A DNA stretch of 44,346 nucleotides from PVC group bacterium (GTDB lineage: Bacteria; Auribacterota; Erginobacteria; Erginobacterales; Erginobacteraceae): the NCBI GenBank assembly GCA_043804695.1, contig JAZDIV010000122.1, positions 1-44,346 on the forward strand, given 5' to 3'. Position numbers and translations under genes: made by a program. The notes beneath the pieces were generated by a model. The model was given only the letters and a program-made list of their open reading frames with translations. It was not told the origin of the DNA and searched no databases. Positions within the stretch are counted from its first letter, which is position 1. The number at the start of each line of letters is the position of its first letter. This document shows, piece by piece, positions 18,096-26,240 of the stretch.

Positions 18096-18644
18096 TTAAA
18101 GGATAAACTTTACCAGGTCGGGATGGGGGCGGGGGATGACGGCGGTCCGGACCAGGGCGCCGATCTCCTTCACCTTTCCTTCCCCGGTCTCCATCGCCGC
18201 CTCGACATTCGGGATCGCCCCGGTCAGGGTGACGAAGCTCTTGCCCCCCAGCCCGTTGGCCAGGCGGATCTCCAGGAGCCGGATCTCGGCGACCTTGGCG
18301 GCGGCGTCGGCCGCCAGGATACAAGAGGGGATGGAGAAGGTTTCGATAACGCCAACGGCATCCAGCTCTCCCACCGGTCCGGCCGCCAAAATGGCGGGGA
18401 TGACCTGGGGATGGACGTTGGGCAGGAAGAGATGGTCGGTCACGGCGTCGGCCCCGGCTTCGATCCCGGCTTGAAGCGATTCGTCCACCGGTCCGGTCAT
18501 CCCGGTGATCAGGATAATGTACTTCCCCGGGCAGACGCTCCGGGAGTCGATCACCTCCACCTCGGATTTTTTCGCCATCGCGTCGGTGGTGAAGATGCCG
18601 GCGGCCACGCTGTTAAGCTCGATGAATCCTACGGCCGGTTCCAT
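18096..18644 (-). CDS. pduT: Tandem-domain BMC shell protein, PduT-like
   Basis: Two BMC domains; CPGKY (Fe-S ligand Cys of PduT), GLGGKS, VIPRPHP. Confidence 0.88.
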   Translation of the reverse strand: MEPAVGFIELNSVAAGIFTTDAMAKKSEVEVIDSRSVCPGKYIILITGMTGPVDESLQAGIEAGADAVTDHLFLPNVHPQVIPAILAAGPVGELDAVGVIETFSIPSCILAADAAAKVAEIRLLEIRLANGLGGKSFVTLTGAIPNVEAAMETGEGKVKEIGALVRTAVIPRPHPDLVKFIL

Positions 18645-18881
18645 AATAATTTTTTCCTCCGGAAAAAATTAATCAATCATCGTTCATCATGTTACACAAA
18701 GTAATCCCGGCTATACGTCTGCAGCAGACTGTTTTTTCTTATCCGACAGGTAAACATTTTTATCCGCCCGCAACATCGCAATCAATAACGGATATCTGCC
18801 GACAAGTAACTGCACAAAAGTACAACATGGTCAATACTTGATTACTCTGCTATCAATATCTGCGCCGGCATTGTTCAAAAT

Positions 18882-18909
18882 TAACCCGATTTATTCATAA
18901 ATCGGGTTA
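18882..18909 (-). terminator. 13-bp perfect inverted repeat directly after the PduS-like stop codon (possible terminator or stability hairpin)
   Basis: TAACCCGATTTAT-TC-ATAAATCGGGTTA, followed on the minus strand by ATTTT. Confidence 0.4.
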
Positions 18910-20250
18910 TTATGATGCCAGAATCGTTACTGATTCATTCGTTACTTTTTTAACCACACCGGAGATTGATGCATGGACGCGGGCGCCCATGGTTCCCCGG
19001 GGAAGGTCTCCGATGACGTCGCCGGCCGTGACCCGCTGTTTCTCTTTCACGACCGGTTCGGCCGGCTGGCCGATGTGCTGCTTGAGCGGGATGGTCACCG
19101 TTTCGGGTTGAAAGTCGCTCTCCACCAGCGGTGCCGGGCGATCGTACTCCCCGAGCCGCAGCCGGGAAGTAAGCCGCGAAACCGGAATCAGGCTGTACTC
19201 CCTCTGCGGTGAGGGGACGTATTCCTCCAGCGGCGGAACCCGATCCCAGTTCCAGTCTTTCATCCGCCCGGCGATCTGCTTGTTGAGGCGGCCGATCGGC
19301 AGGTTCATCGGGCATGAATAAACCCCGCACAGATCGCAGTTGCAGCAGAGGGGGGCGGAGGTGACGCCGGGAGATTCAGGAAACGGAAGCCCCATCGCGA
19401 TCGAACGCATGACAATATGGGGCTTGAAATTGTGTCCGAGGAGGCTCCGGGGGCAGACCAGGGTGCAATAATCGCACTGGCAGCAGATGGCCTGGATCTT
19501 TCTCAGGTCAAACTCCAGGGAAGAGGTTTTCCGGGTCACGACCGGGTGACCGGCGGGGAGCACGATCACTGCCGAGGTGGTCTTGGTAACGGGCCCCCCG
19601 GGATCGGGGGCGACCTCGCCCATCATCGGCCCGCCGGTGACGATCACCCAGTCACCGATCGCCGCCCCTCCCGCCAGCTCCACCGCCGTTTCCAGCGGTG
19701 TCCCGATCGGCAGCCGGAGGGTCTTCGGCTCCCTGACCGCCCCGGTCACCGTCAGGTACCGGGAGATGACCGGCTTGCCCCTCTGTGCCCGAGAAATATT
19801 GCAGAAGGTCTCCACATTGCTGACCAGGATCCCGGCCTGAAGCGGTATCTCTCCCGGCGGTATCACCTCGCCGGTGACCTCGTAAACGATGACAAACTCG
19901 TCCCCGGCCGGGTAGACGCTCTCCATCAGGTGGAGGCCGAGATCGTTTCTTCCGGTCATCTCTTTCTCGAGAGCGGCGATGGCGGCGGTGTATTTTTTTT
20001 TCAGGGCGATGACGCCCCGGGCCGCTCCGGTCGCCCCCATGACCAGGGTCAGCCCCCGGACCACCTCATCCGCCCGGGCGGCCATCACCTGCTGGTCGTT
20101 GCGCAAAAGCGGTTCGCACTCGGCCCCGTTCACGATCACCGTTTCGACCCGGGCGTCGATCTTCTTCCAGGTCGGGAAACCCGCCCCCCCCGCGCCCACC
20201 ACCCCGGCCTGCCAGACCTTATCGACCAAGCTGTCGGTTTTACTTTTCAA
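18910..20250 (-). CDS. pduS: PduS/RnfC-like flavin/Fe-S oxidoreductase
   Basis: GVVGAGGAGFPT, NGAECEPLL, SLBB GGPMMG, two 4Fe-4S motifs (CCQCDYCTLVCP, CCNCDLC...CP), C-terminal LKQHIG...HASISG; TTG start. Confidence 0.88.
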   Translation of the reverse strand: MKSKTDSLVDKVWQAGVVGAGGAGFPTWKKIDARVETVIVNGAECEPLLRNDQQVMAARADEVVRGLTLVMGATGAARGVIALKKKYTAAIAALEKEMTGRNDLGLHLMESVYPAGDEFVIVYEVTGEVIPPGEIPLQAGILVSNVETFCNISRAQRGKPVISRYLTVTGAVREPKTLRLPIGTPLETAVELAGGAAIGDWVIVTGGPMMGEVAPDPGGPVTKTTSAVIVLPAGHPVVTRKTSSLEFDLRKIQAICCQCDYCTLVCPRSLLGHNFKPHIVMRSIAMGLPFPESPGVTSAPLCCNCDLCGVYSCPMNLPIGRLNKQIAGRMKDWNWDRVPPLEEYVPSPQREYSLIPVSRLTSRLRLGEYDRPAPLVESDFQPETVTIPLKQHIGQPAEPVVKEKQRVTAGDVIGDLPRGTMGARVHASISGVVKKVTNESVTILAS

Positions 20251-20330
20251 AACTAAGAATTACACAAAAGGAACTACTAATTACGCGAATTATTCCCCCA
20301 CTCGGCCCCTCTGAATGAAGAATGAATAGT

Positions 20331-20369
20331 GATCAGACTGATCGGTCGGATTCGACGGATCGGACTGAT
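20331..20369. repeat. GATC-rich 9-bp tandem repeat
   Basis: GATCAGACT GATCGGTCG GATTCGACG GATCGGACT GAT. Confidence 0.7.
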
Positions 20370-20403
20370 GTTTGACAATTATCTGAGACCATCACGGACG
20401 GTT

Positions 20404-21903
20404 TCAGACAATTCTGAAATAATCTATCAGCACGCACCGCCTCTCCCGGGTGAAGTCGGAGGCCTTGGTCAACCCTTCCCCGGTGGGGCTGGCGATGCTG
20501 AAGGAGGTGTACCCCTGGCCGCCGAAGCCCAGCCCGGTGTAGCAGGGACCGTTCTTGACGAAAATGGAGGCGTTGCACTCCCGGGCCATCTTGCTCAGCT
20601 TCTCCACGTTGCGGGAGTACATGTACATCGAGTGCCGGTAGCCGTGTTCGACCTCGATCGCCAGCCGAATGGCCTCATCGACATCCGGGACCCGGACGAA
20701 GGGAATGACCGGCATCAGCTGTTCCACCAGAACCAGGGGATGATGGGCGTCCACCTCGGCCAGGACGATTTTGACCTCGTCCCCGACCGTGACCCCGATC
20801 TCTTTCAGGATCACCTTCGGCGACCGGCCGACAAACTTCTTGTTCGCCGCCCCCTCCTCGTCGCCCGGGCCGGGCAACTTGGCGATCACGATTTTGGTCA
20901 GCGCCTCGATCTGCTTCTTGTCCAGCTCATAGGCGCCGTTTTTGATCAGTTCGCGCTTGAGCTGATCGGCGATCTTCTCGACCGCGAAGATCTCCTTCTC
21001 GCAGACGCAGACGATGTTGTTGTCAAAGGAGGCACCCTCGACGATTAAACGTCCGGCCTTCTCAATATCAGCCGTTTCGTCAACCACCACGGGGGGGTTC
21101 CCCGGGCCGGCGGCCACGACTTTCTTGCCCGACTGCATGGCCGCCTTCACCACCCCCGGGCCGCCGGTGACCACCAGAAGCCTGATCTTCGGGTGTTTCA
21201 TCATCGCCCCCGCCGCCTCGATCGTCGGCTCCTGAAGGGCGACCAGCGAATTCGGGGGGCCGCCCGCGGAGACGATCGCCCGGTTCAGGATCTGGATCGT
21301 GGTTTGAGAAGAGATTTTGGCCGCCGGGTGGGGACCGAAGACGACCGCGTTGCCGGCGGCGATCATGCCGATGGAATTGCAGATGACGGTCGAGGTGGGG
21401 TTGGTCGAGGGGATGATGGCCCCGATCAGGCCGAAGGGGGCTTTTTCAACCAGCGTGAGACCGTGATCACCCGTCCAGGCGACTGGCTGGAGATCCTCCA
21501 GCCCGGGGGTTTTATTGGAGACCAGGAGGTTTTTCTGGATCTTGGACTCCACCCGGCCCATCCCGGTCTCGGCGACGGCCAGGCGGGATATCTTCTCGGC
21601 GTTATCCCGGCCGGCCTGCCGCATCGCCTCGATCATCTTCTCCCGGGTGGAGAGGCTCAACCCCATCAGTTTCTCCTGGGCCGACGCTGCCGCCGCGAGG
21701 GCGTCATCGAGCCGTTCAAAGATTCCGTCGCCGGGAGCAACCGGAGAAAGGGCCGGGGAGGCGCCGGGGGGTGAAGAACCGCCCTCTTTAGTGAGCCGGG
21801 CGACCACCGTCCGGACAATCGACCTGATCTGTTCTTCGTTATAAAAATTTCCTTCGGAAATTTTTAGGGTGCCCGACTTCGTCGGGCTGGATTCTGGAGA
21901 CAT
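20404..21903 (-). CDS. eutE: CoA-acylating aldehyde dehydrogenase (EutE/PduP family) with N-terminal encapsulation peptide
   Basis: PSTNPT, TGGPGVV, AGPGNPP, SFDNNIVC (catalytic Cys), EQLMP, ASPTGEGLT; helix NEEQIRSIVRTVVARL followed by a P/S/G linker. Confidence 0.92.
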   Translation of the reverse strand: MSPESSPTKSGTLKISEGNFYNEEQIRSIVRTVVARLTKEGGSSPPGASPALSPVAPGDGIFERLDDALAAAASAQEKLMGLSLSTREKMIEAMRQAGRDNAEKISRLAVAETGMGRVESKIQKNLLVSNKTPGLEDLQPVAWTGDHGLTLVEKAPFGLIGAIIPSTNPTSTVICNSIGMIAAGNAVVFGPHPAAKISSQTTIQILNRAIVSAGGPPNSLVALQEPTIEAAGAMMKHPKIRLLVVTGGPGVVKAAMQSGKKVVAAGPGNPPVVVDETADIEKAGRLIVEGASFDNNIVCVCEKEIFAVEKIADQLKRELIKNGAYELDKKQIEALTKIVIAKLPGPGDEEGAANKKFVGRSPKVILKEIGVTVGDEVKIVLAEVDAHHPLVLVEQLMPVIPFVRVPDVDEAIRLAIEVEHGYRHSMYMYSRNVEKLSKMARECNASIFVKNGPCYTGLGFGGQGYTSFSIASPTGEGLTKASDFTRERRCVLIDYFRIV

Positions 21904-22083
21904 ATATCAATCCTCAGAAAACGATTCTGGCTCAGGCAACGCCTGCGCCAAGTTCTATTCCAGGTCAATGACTTTTCGGTCAAAATCTGCGACTCCGGCG
22001 GGACGGCAGGGGAAGGATAAACCGCGTTGGGCTTCCCTTCCCCGGGACCGGGCAAAAAAACCGGGATCTGATCCCGCCGGGGA

Positions 22084-22389
22084 TCAGGTCCCGGGGTCGG
22101 TCGCCTTGTTGTAGACCACCGTGCCGTCCACGTCCAGTGTATCCACGATCGCCATGATCGTGGCGTCGCAGGGCCGGTTGGTGGTGGCGCTGGTATACCG
22201 GCCGCAGCTGCCGGTTACATAAAGAACAACCTCCCCCACCCCGGCCCCGACCGAGTCGGCGGCGATGATGTACTTGCCCAGGGGCTTCCCGTCAATGCCC
22301 AGCTGCTCGCAGACGTAGAACTTCAGTCCCTCCAGGCTCTCCGCCTTCTGGGTGGAGACGAGCGTGCCGCGGATCTTCGCTAAAAGCAT
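22084..22389 (-). CDS. eutN: BMC pentamer (vertex) protein, EutN/CcmL family
   Basis: GTLVSTQK, AADSVGAGVGEVVL, DATIMAIVD. Confidence 0.93.
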   Translation of the reverse strand: MLLAKIRGTLVSTQKAESLEGLKFYVCEQLGIDGKPLGKYIIAADSVGAGVGEVVLYVTGSCGRYTSATTNRPCDATIMAIVDTLDVDGTVVYNKATDPGT

Positions 22390-22407
22390 GGCATCCCCCG
22401 AAAGTGA

Positions 22408-22701
22408 TTACTTGCCTTTCTGCGGAGCGCGGCCGAGCGGCAGAACCCGGTCGACATTGGCATGAGGACGCGGAATGACATGAACGGAGATCAGCTCCCC
22501 GACTTTTTCCGCTCCGCGGGCGCCGGCCTCGACGGAAGCCTTACAGGCGGCAACATCACCCCGGACAATGGCGGTCACGTAGCCGCCACCGATCCTCTCG
22601 TAGCTGACCAGTTCGACCTTGGCCGCCTTGACCATGGCATCGGCGGCCTCGACCATCGCCGCAAACCCTTTCGTTTCGATCATCCCCAATGCTTCAGACA
22701 T
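22408..22701 (-). CDS. eutM: BMC hexamer shell protein, EutM/PduA/CcmK family
   Basis: [42 protein letters not shown]. Confidence 0.95.
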   Translation of the reverse strand: MSEALGMIETKGFAAMVEAADAMVKAAKVELVSYERIGGGYVTAIVRGDVAACKASVEAGARGAEKVGELISVHVIPRPHANVDRVLPLGRAPQKGK

Positions 22702-22805
22702 CTTTTTGCCCTCCTTTTAATTTTTCTGCGAAAAATTAAAAATTGTTGTGGTTTCTAACCCTGTAACCAAGTCTTAGCAGGTGATCTATTTCCTTCTGAT
22801 GCCTG

Positions 22806-23441
22806 CTACTCACCTTTCGCCGGCTGGACGCCGGTGACGGCGTTGATGGCGGCCATCGCCGCCTCGCTTCCCACCATGATGTCCCGCTCCTCGCCGCCCA
22901 GGTAAAGGCGGCCGAACCGGCCGAAGGGCTTGACCTCAATCAGGGTGATATCGGCCGCTTTCTCCGCCTCATTGGCCGCCAGGACGGCATACCCTGCCGG
23001 ATCGGTCTCCAGAATGTAGAGGGTCTGGTCGGCCAGGAGCATCGAGCCGCTCCGGCTGCGGTTGATCAGCTGCGCCTGGTGGGCGTCCACCTTGCGGATG
23101 ATCTGGGTGGCCACCGCTTTCGGCTTCATCCGCTGATCTTCTTTCAGACCGAGGGCGTTCAGGATCGCCTGCCCGGCCTCCCGGACATTGGCCTGGGAGT
23201 AAGAATGGACCTCCAGCAGTCCATAGGCTCTCTCGACAATCATCATGGCCGGCTTGACCTCGGTGGCCTTGAGCGCCACGTCCATGACCTCGTTGATGGC
23301 CATACCCGGCGCCACTTCCACATAACAGGCCGCCATTCCGGGCAGAGGCTGAAATCCCTTGGCCGCCGAGGCGACGAAGGATGCGAATTGCGGTTGCATG
23401 CTGTCTAAAAAGATATACGTTCTGAGCTGGACTTTCTCCAT
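22806..23441 (-). CDS. Circularly permuted tandem-domain BMC shell protein (CcmP/CsoS1D-like, double-stacking BMC-T)
   Basis: LRTYIFLDSMQPQ, VERAYGLLEVH, AANEAEKAA, FGRLYLGG; AGGAGG RBS. Confidence 0.88.
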   Translation of the reverse strand: MEKVQLRTYIFLDSMQPQFASFVASAAKGFQPLPGMAACYVEVAPGMAINEVMDVALKATEVKPAMMIVERAYGLLEVHSYSQANVREAGQAILNALGLKEDQRMKPKAVATQIIRKVDAHQAQLINRSRSGSMLLADQTLYILETDPAGYAVLAANEAEKAADITLIEVKPFGRFGRLYLGGEERDIMVGSEAAMAAINAVTGVQPAKGE

Positions 23442-23489
23442 TGAACGCCCTCCTATAAATTAGCTCGCTATGCTCGCAAATTTATAATG

Positions 23490-23519
23490 GACCTCCGACT
23501 GATTCAGTCGGAGGTCTAC
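23490..23519. repeat. 13-bp perfect palindrome in the BMC operon leader (REP-like or operator)
   Basis: GACCTCCGACTGA-T-TCAGTCGGAGGTC; the minus strand begins GTAG. Confidence 0.55.
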
Positions 23520-23551
23520 TGGTTAGATCAAAATAATCTAATTGAGGCGAC

Positions 23552-23580
23552 ATTCTTATAAAAAATTAGATTCCAGTCAA
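23552..23580 (-). promoter_or_regulatory. Candidate sigma70 promoter for the BMC operon
   Basis: Minus strand TTGACT-17 bp-AAGAAT in AT-rich DNA. Confidence 0.35.
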
Positions 23581-23706
23581 GAAAAAATTCCCGCTATCTT
23601 CTTGATTACAATAATATTATACTATTTTAACTGATTTATTCCATACTTTCACGGAGCAAATCAGCTTGTCTAAAAAATCCATCGTCGCTTAAAGCGGAGA
23701 TGGATT

Positions 23707-24201
23707 TTAACCTTTGAAGATAAAAAACTTTCTCATGAGGTAGTTGATCATCAGGCAGACCACGATCATCGCCCCGAAGGCGTAGGTGGTGGGAATGCCA
23801 TAGCCGCTGATCAGGAACGACTGGAGCCCGATCCCGATCAGGACGCTGATCGCGGCCACCGCGTAGAACATACCGATCTCCTTGATCCGGGAGTGGCGGC
23901 CCGATTCAAAGACCCAGGCAACATTAATCAGATAGACGACGAAGTTGGAGAAGAGGAAGGCGATCGCATTGGCAATCCCGGCGTGCCAGGCCCGGATACC
24001 GTCGGAGATCAGGGAAGCCGGGATATTAAAGAGCCGCGCGATCGGGTCATCGGCGGTCAGGGCGGGGAAAACTTTCCAGGTCAGCAAGAAGAAGAGGACG
24101 GTATGGACCACGGTGGCGATACCGCCCGCGATTCCGTACTTGATGAACTGGACCAGGTGGCCGTGCTCTTTTCCTTTGAACTGTCGTAAAAAATCTTTCA
24201 C
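23707..24201 (-). CDS. gtrA: GtrA-family flippase-like membrane protein
   Basis: QFIKYGIAGGIATVV, N...YLIN..WVF, NYLMRKFFIF; four TM helices. Confidence 0.85.
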   Translation of the reverse strand: MKDFLRQFKGKEHGHLVQFIKYGIAGGIATVVHTVLFFLLTWKVFPALTADDPIARLFNIPASLISDGIRAWHAGIANAIAFLFSNFVVYLINVAWVFESGRHSRIKEIGMFYAVAAISVLIGIGLQSFLISGYGIPTTYAFGAMIVVCLMINYLMRKFFIFKG

Positions 24202-24504
24202 GGCCCGGGAATGGAATACGGTAAATAGTGTCCGGTACTTTCGCTTTTCTGGTGAGGCCGTCCGGTCTCACCGAAGACAACCATTAAAACAGATGAGGGA
24301 TGGCGAGAGCAAGCGGAATATAAGAGCATGTCTTTCCGAACGACAGGAATTGTTTTTGTGTCTATAAGATGGAACTCAGCTTCGCAACTATTTAACCACG
24401 AATCTTCACTAATCTTCGCGCTGGCGCGCCGGAGCGCTTCGGCCGACGCTATAGGCTATGGACAACGGCGTCAGCGCGCAGGCGCGAATCTTTGGCAGCC
24501 GCAC

Positions 24505-24568
24505 TCCTTCGTTTCACTCAGGACAGGCTTTTTTAGGTGCGTCCCGAAAGCTTTCGGGACGGCTACCA
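24505..24568. repeat. Cluster of REP-like hairpins in the divergent intergenic region
   Basis: TCCTTCGTTTCACTCAGGA imperfect hairpin and the perfect palindrome CGTCCCGAAAGCTTTCGGGACG. Confidence 0.45.
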
Positions 24569-24680
24569 TTTATCGTCGCAGATACGGATTTAGACATAAA
24601 ATTCCGAAATACTAAATTAACTCGCTTCGCTGCCTCAAAGCGGATATGATGATCCGAAAAAGAAGGAAAGAAGATATCTG

Positions 24681-26108
24681 ATGCTGTTCGGTCTTCGAAA
24701 ATCTGCTTTTTGCCCCGTAAAAATAATATCCCTCCTTCTGCTGATCGGGACGATATTTTCCTGCGGGCGGGAAGAAGAGAAAAAAGAAAACGTGAACGTC
24801 CTTCTCATCTCCATCGACACGCTGCGCCCCGACCACCTGGGATGCTACGGCTACGGGAGGAACACCAGCCCCAACATCGACGCTCTGGCCGGGCGGGGGG
24901 CCGTCTTTGAGAACACGGTCAGCACCACCTCCTGGACACTCCCCGCTCACATCTCGCTTTTGAGCGGGACGGACGTTTCCGTCCACGGGGTAAAAAACGA
25001 CGGGCTCAGCCTCCACCGCTCGATACCGATGCTGGCCGAGATTTTTCAGGAAAAAGGCTACTCAACCGCCGCCTTCTGCAGTTCACCCTATCTCAACCCC
25101 GCCTTCGGGTTTGACCGGGGCTTCGATGTCTACCACAACACCGACCTGGAAAAGGACGGCTTCTCGGACACGATCTTCCTCGAGGACCGGGACCAGTGGC
25201 AGGAGGTTCACGAGGACGTCACCAGCCCACGGATCGAGCGGCTGGCGGTTGACTGGCTGGAGAAGCATCACGATGAGCGGTTCTTCCTCTTCCTCCACTT
25301 CTGGGACCCTCACTTTGACTTTATCCCGCCTCCCCCCTACGACACCCTCTTCGACCCCGATTACCAGGGCACGGTTACTTCCCGCCATTTCATGTTCAAC
25401 GAAGACATCTACGAAGGGATGGACCCGCGGGACCTCGCCCACATCGTGGCCCTTTATGACGGCGAGATCGCGTTCACCGATTTCCACCTGGGACGGATCA
25501 TCGACCGGATGGGGGAACTCGGACTGCTCGACCGGACCCTGATCGTTATCACCGGAGACCACGGGGAGGAGTTTTTCGAACACGGCAACAAGGGCCACCG
25601 GATCACCCTTTACGACGAGAGCGTCAAGGTCCCGCTCATCATCGTCATTCCGGGACGCGACCGGGGAGGGATGAGGATCGTCCAGCAGGCCGGTATCATC
25701 GACATCGCCGTCACCATCCTGGATTACCTGGGGCTCCCGGCCGGCCTCCCCATGCACGGCCGTTCGCTTCTTCCGCTCCTGGAGGGGAAGAAGCCGGACG
25801 ATGAAAACCCCCAGCTGGTGGAGCTGGAAGACACGCTGCGGGCGCTCCGGACCAACCGGTACAAACTGCTCTTCAATGTCGACCACCGGGAGACCACCAT
25901 CCTCGACCTCGAGAAGGATCCCCGGGAGACCCACGATCACCTGGTCACCTCGCTCGACGGCTGGACCGAGGCCAACCGGGAGTTTTACCGGCGCCTGGAG
26001 GCCGACCGGATCCTGGAGGAGAAGTACCGCCGGGGGCAGACCGGGCAGGCGGTCAAGCTGAGCGAAGAACAGATTGAAAGACTCAAGGCCCTGGGTTACA
26101 TTAAGTAA
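24681..26108 (+). CDS. Sulfatase-fold (alkaline phosphatase superfamily) hydrolase/transferase, probable lipoprotein
   Basis: LISIDTLRPDHLG, SWTLPAHISLLSG, HFWDPH, GDHGEEF.EHG..GH, C-terminal LKALGY; lipobox-like IFSC. Confidence 0.88.
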   Translation: MLFGLRKSAFCPVKIISLLLLIGTIFSCGREEEKKENVNVLLISIDTLRPDHLGCYGYGRNTSPNIDALAGRGAVFENTVSTTSWTLPAHISLLSGTDVSVHGVKNDGLSLHRSIPMLAEIFQEKGYSTAAFCSSPYLNPAFGFDRGFDVYHNTDLEKDGFSDTIFLEDRDQWQEVHEDVTSPRIERLAVDWLEKHHDERFFLFLHFWDPHFDFIPPPPYDTLFDPDYQGTVTSRHFMFNEDIYEGMDPRDLAHIVALYDGEIAFTDFHLGRIIDRMGELGLLDRTLIVITGDHGEEFFEHGNKGHRITLYDESVKVPLIIVIPGRDRGGMRIVQQAGIIDIAVTILDYLGLPAGLPMHGRSLLPLLEGKKPDDENPQLVELEDTLRALRTNRYKLLFNVDHRETTILDLEKDPRETHDHLVTSLDGWTEANREFYRRLEADRILEEKYRRGQTGQAVKLSEEQIERLKALGYIK

Positions 26109-26144
26109 GACCTTACCCTCGCTTCGCTCGGGCGACTAAATAAA

Positions 26145-26173
26145 ACTACGAATTACGCGAATTACACGAATTA
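26145..26173. repeat. 9-bp tandem repeat (TACGAATTA type; relatives near 9708 and 20252-20293)
   Basis: ACTACGAAT TACGCGAAT TACACGAAT TA. Confidence 0.6.
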
Positions 26174-26240
26174 TCTTTAAAATATCACTGCAATGTCGGT
26201 TCAATGCTTGCACATTCTTATTTTTCCGAAGGAAAAATAA

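Noticed and set aside
18660..18880. Possible gene remnant in the AT-rich spacer between the PduS-like and PduT-like genes
   Set aside because: Only short frames with no recognisable motif were found.
18910..20250. RnfC subunit of an Rnf complex
   Set aside because: No other rnf genes, the barrel-sandwich domain is C-terminal as in PduS, and the context is a BMC operon.
22084..23441. Carboxysome, Pdu or Eut assignment for the shell genes
   Set aside because: No RuBisCO, carbonic anhydrase, diol dehydratase, ethanolamine ammonia-lyase or glycyl-radical enzyme is present. Gene symbols used denote family only.
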